NCBI GenBank assembly: GCA_900317575.1
Contig: ONHH01000024.1
Span: forward strand, 1-32,080
Length of the DNA: 32,080 nucleotides
Source: an uncultured Bacillota bacterium
GTDB lineage: Bacteria; Bacillota_I; Bacilli_A; ML615J-28; CAG-313
Direction of reading: 5' to 3'
Shown: positions 30,001 through 32,080 of the stretch, one piece after another
Layout of the letters: the number at the start of each line of letters is the position of its first letter
How positions within the stretch are numbered: the first letter of the stretch is position 1
Notes under the pieces: generated by a model
Told to the model about the DNA's origin: nothing
The model's input: the letters and a program-made list of their open reading frames with translations, nothing else
The model's database searches: none
Translations under genes and position numbers: made by a program

Positions 30001-30452
30001 TCAATTTCTATTATATCCCCTATTTTAAGCTTAATAATCGAATTATTAATTCTCTCTTTTGACATCATTTTTCTCGTTATTCCAAGTGAACAAGTAACAA
30101 TTACTTGAGGAATATTGTTGATAACTTTATTTAATGTCATCATTCTTGCAAGTCTAAATGGATAACTTGATGCTACAAGCTCACTTGATACGAACTCTTC
30201 AACGGGAAAAAAGCTGACAAAGTCAGCTCCTAAAATGTTACATAACATATCATACGCATGATTTGCGTTAGATACATTATCACATGTATATATAATTGTT
30301 TCTTTATTTTTTTGAAAGTAATCAGCAATAACTAATCTAGATAAAGAAGTTGAAATATTATTAATACATATATTACCTGCATTAATATTAGTTAATTTCT
30401 TTACTAAACTAGAATATTTACTATTACTATTTAAGAAATCTAATGCATTCAT
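27024..30452 (-). CDS. mfd: Transcription-repair coupling factor Mfd
   Basis: UvrB-like FSVRGSLIDIYP, RID GDYVVHQDYGIG, Walker A GDVGFGKT, DEEQRFG, TATPIPRT, QIRGRIGR and TRG DLAIRGAGNILG motifs. Confidence 0.98.
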   Translation of the reverse strand: MNALDFLNSNSKYSSLVKKLTNINAGNICINNISTSLSRLVIADYFQKNKETIIYTCDNVSNANHAYDMLCNILGADFVSFFPVEEFVSSELVASSYPFRLARMMTLNKVINNIPQVIVTCSLGITRKMMSKERINNSIIKLKIGDIIEIDEVVNKLYERGYQKAAVTEEMGSFSVRGSLIDIYPINGDSAFRINFFDNEIETIKKIDISTQMSVDKLTELIIFPLYDIYYDQKDKDKIIDKIQKKYGESSKVEKDINKINDYSSIDQLYCYLPIIDEKYICFLELFDKAIVVYENIDQIIKHYNYNYEEMINYYKSINFKFDKNFYNDVTSTMNLADINIYLSKTLTNISKVKLLDLIDFKTVNSFEYNNNMKLVIDEIKINVDRKYIITAFDQKGLDYLITIFKSNELDICLENDNSKRIQLIISSDIYGFTDLEMNLSVITPYEYAPGHAQNRSKYQKFYANSQQIYNKDEINKGDYVVHQDYGIGIYNGIVTKEVRGKMNDYLYIQFAEDGKLYVPIENIYLIEKYINNSDHVPKLNSLNGKEWKKKRAAIKEKVIDLAKKLIKVQAERELRKGYIYSKDTEEQIQFENDFNYQETADQLRAIEEVKKDMESEKPVDRLICGDVGFGKTEVAMRAAFKAVLSNKQVAYLAPTTILTRQHFFTFKERFEKYGVRVELINRFVPRKKQTEIIKGLKSGYVDIIIGTHRILSKDIEFKNLGLLIIDEEQRFGVTHKEKIKEIKANVDVLTLTATPIPRTLQMALSGLKDLSIIDTPPQNRLPIQTYVIEENDSVIRDAINREIGRHGQVFYLLNRIDQIDRTVDKIKKLCPDATIGVIHGQMDKTVIENELVNFLDNIYNVLVCTTIIETGIDIPNANTLIIERADMLGLSQLYQIRGRIGRSDRLSYAYLMYNPNKTITTTAVKRLEAIKEFTSLGSGYKIATRDLAIRGAGNILGDEQSGFIDSIGIDLYTKLLNESIDELKGVVKEEDNSRYFNVLVNKHIDVNYVSDDALRIEMHKKINRITSREKINELITEFTDRYGTIDENLRLYIEEKYLEFLLKSKGVELFSDSETKVEFIFDEYTTPRIQYSNPTKEMKEISKSFDYDFVDKKFRVRFDPRKLKENYIYILTKFLENIKIS

Positions 30453-30456
30453 AGTA

Positions 30457-31020
30457 TTAATTATATTTATTCATAACAAATTCAATATCTTTAACAATCA
30501 TGTCTTCAATTATTAATGGCATTTCATCTTTTATTTGATTAATTGTTTCCATTTCTTTTTTTGAAAACTTCGATAACACATAATCAACTACTTCTTCTTG
30601 AGATTCTGCATCATTATGACCTATTCCAATTTTAATTCTTTTAAAATTTTCAGTTCCTAATTCATTAATAATTGATTTAATTCCATTATGTCCGCCAGAA
30701 GAACCTGATTTTCTAATTCTTTTTTTTCCAAAAACTAAATCCATATCATCATGGATTACTATTAAATCGTTTGGATCAAATTTATAATAATTCATAAATG
30801 ATCTTATTGGGGTTCCTGATAAATTCATATACATTTGTGGTTTTAATATATAATGTTTTTCACCATTGAATTTAAATTCAGCTATTTCTATTTGGAATTT
30901 GTTATTTAATTCAAATTTTGTTTTAAAATGTTCTGCAAGGCAATCTGCCATGATAAACCCAACATTGTGGTGAGTATTTTCATATTTCTTTCCCGGATTG
31001 CCTAATCCCGCAATTATCAT
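30457..31020 (-). CDS. pth: Peptidyl-tRNA hydrolase
   Basis: GLGNPG...HNVGF, KPQMYMNLSG, HDDMD and GGHNGIKS motifs; pth-mfd synteny. Confidence 0.98.
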   Translation of the reverse strand: MIIAGLGNPGKKYENTHHNVGFIMADCLAEHFKTKFELNNKFQIEIAEFKFNGEKHYILKPQMYMNLSGTPIRSFMNYYKFDPNDLIVIHDDMDLVFGKKRIRKSGSSGGHNGIKSIINELGTENFKRIKIGIGHNDAESQEEVVDYVLSKFSKKEMETINQIKDEMPLIIEDMIVKDIEFVMNKYN

Positions 31021-31028
31021 ATATCCTC

Positions 31029-32080
31029 CTATGATAAATTGATTATATCTCCATTTTCATCTAAATCTATCTTTTCTGCAAGTGGTACTCTTGGTAAACC
31101 TGGCATTGTCATAATAGTTCCAGTTAAGCAAACTAAGAATTTTGCACCTGCTGAAATTCTAATTTCTTTAATTGTTACAGTAAATCCTTTTGGAGCACCA
31201 ACAATTTTTTGATTATCTGTTAATGATAAAGGAGTTTTTGCGACACAAATAAAGTATTTTTCATATTCTGTGCCACGAATCTTATTTAAAGTTTCTTTAG
31301 CTTCGTCAGTAAAGACAATATCTTTTGCGCCATAAACATTTTGAGCAATTTTTAATATTTTATCTTCAACAGGTTCATCTAAATTATACATATATTTAGG
31401 TGTGCGAGGTTGATCAATAATCTTAATTAATCTATTTGCTAAATCAATACCACCTTTACCACCATTAGCGAATACACTGGATAATGCATATTCAACACCA
31501 TGTTCTTTTGCCCAGTCATCAAATGCTTTTAATTCAGCTTTAGTATCGCTAGCGTATTGATTTAATGCAACAACATATGGAATACCAAATTTATCTAATG
31601 TATCCATGTGTTTTTCTAGATTAACAAGTCCAGCCTTTAAAGCATCAACATTTTCTTCTGTAACAATTGCTTTATCAACACCACCATGATATTTTAAGGC
31701 TTTAAGAGTTGCAACAAGAACTACTGCACTTGGTTTAAGACCTGCAATACGGCATTTAATATCTAAGAATTTTTCTGCACCTAAATCAGCGCCAAAACCA
31801 GCTTCTGTTACAACATAGTCTCCTAGTTTTAATGCAAGTTTAGTTGCAAGGATTGAATTACATCCATGTGCTATATTAGCAAAAGGCCCCCCATGAATAA
31901 TAATTGGATTATTTTCTAATGTTTGAACAAGATTTGGTTTAATTGCATCCTTAAGTAGAACTAATACACTACCAGAAATCTTTAAATCTTTAACTTTAAC
32001 TACTTTATTATCATATGTATATGCAACAATTAACTCTTCAATACGATGTCTTAAATCTTCAACACTTGTCGCAAGACATA
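31029..32080 (-). CDS. fhs: Formate--tetrahydrofolate ligase, 5'-truncated by the window edge
   Basis: The frame continues upstream of the tracked 192-aa ORF: HGGPFANIAHGCNS, VVTEAGFGADLGAEKFLDIKCR. C-terminal ICVAKT and MTMPGLP motifs. Confidence 0.97.
   Translation of the reverse strand, partial: CLATSVEDLRHRIEELIVAYTYDNKVVKVKDLKISGSVLVLLKDAIKPNLVQTLENNPIIIHGGPFANIAHGCNSILATKLALKLGDYVVTEAGFGADLGAEKFLDIKCRIAGLKPSAVVLVATLKALKYHGGVDKAIVTEENVDALKAGLVNLEKHMDTLDKFGIPYVVALNQYASDTKAELKAFDDWAKEHGVEYALSSVFANGGKGGIDLANRLIKIIDQPRTPKYMYNLDEPVEDKILKIAQNVYGAKDIVFTDEAKETLNKIRGTEYEKYFICVAKTPLSLTDNQKIVGAPKGFTVTIKEIRISAGAKFLVCLTGTIMTMPGLPRVPLAEKIDLDENGDIINLS

Noticed and set aside
30960-30980. Pth THHN instead of the usual TRHN
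   Set aside because: It is a single substitution; the catalytic His and all other motifs are intact.
31029-31607. 192-aa ORF as a standalone gene or fhs pseudogene fragment
   Set aside because: The frame continues upstream with intact FTHFS motifs towards the window edge, so it is simply truncated by the window.

Overview
AT-rich bacterial window with every supportable gene on the minus strand. It uses standard code 11 (Trp is TGG in all ORFs), has Firmicutes-style SD and sigma-A promoters, and is probably an Acholeplasmatales/Anaeroplasma-like member of Bacilli (inference). About 1.36-15.1 kb is a complete S10-spc-alpha cluster of 29 genes (25 r-proteins plus secY, adk, infA, rpoA; no map, no rpsD), led by a structured S10 leader RNA. 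Downstream of it lies a 3'-truncated lipoprotein gene that the ORF track missed. In transcription order, the upstream genes are fhs (partial), pth, mfd and fba, then an accessory cell-surface block: a repeat-rich lipoprotein, a rhamnosyltransferase-like GT2 lacking its DXD motif, two paralogous secreted NAGPA/DUF2233-like phosphodiester glycosidases with FN3-like stalks, and an M16C metallopeptidase. The most notable signal is a shared C-terminal tripartite tail on both NAGPA-like proteins (KKCGKK + hydrophobic helix + basic end). It looks like a Cys-containing C-terminal protein-sorting signal that matches none of the named CTERM families I recognise. No tRNA, rRNA, CRISPR or mobile element was seen.
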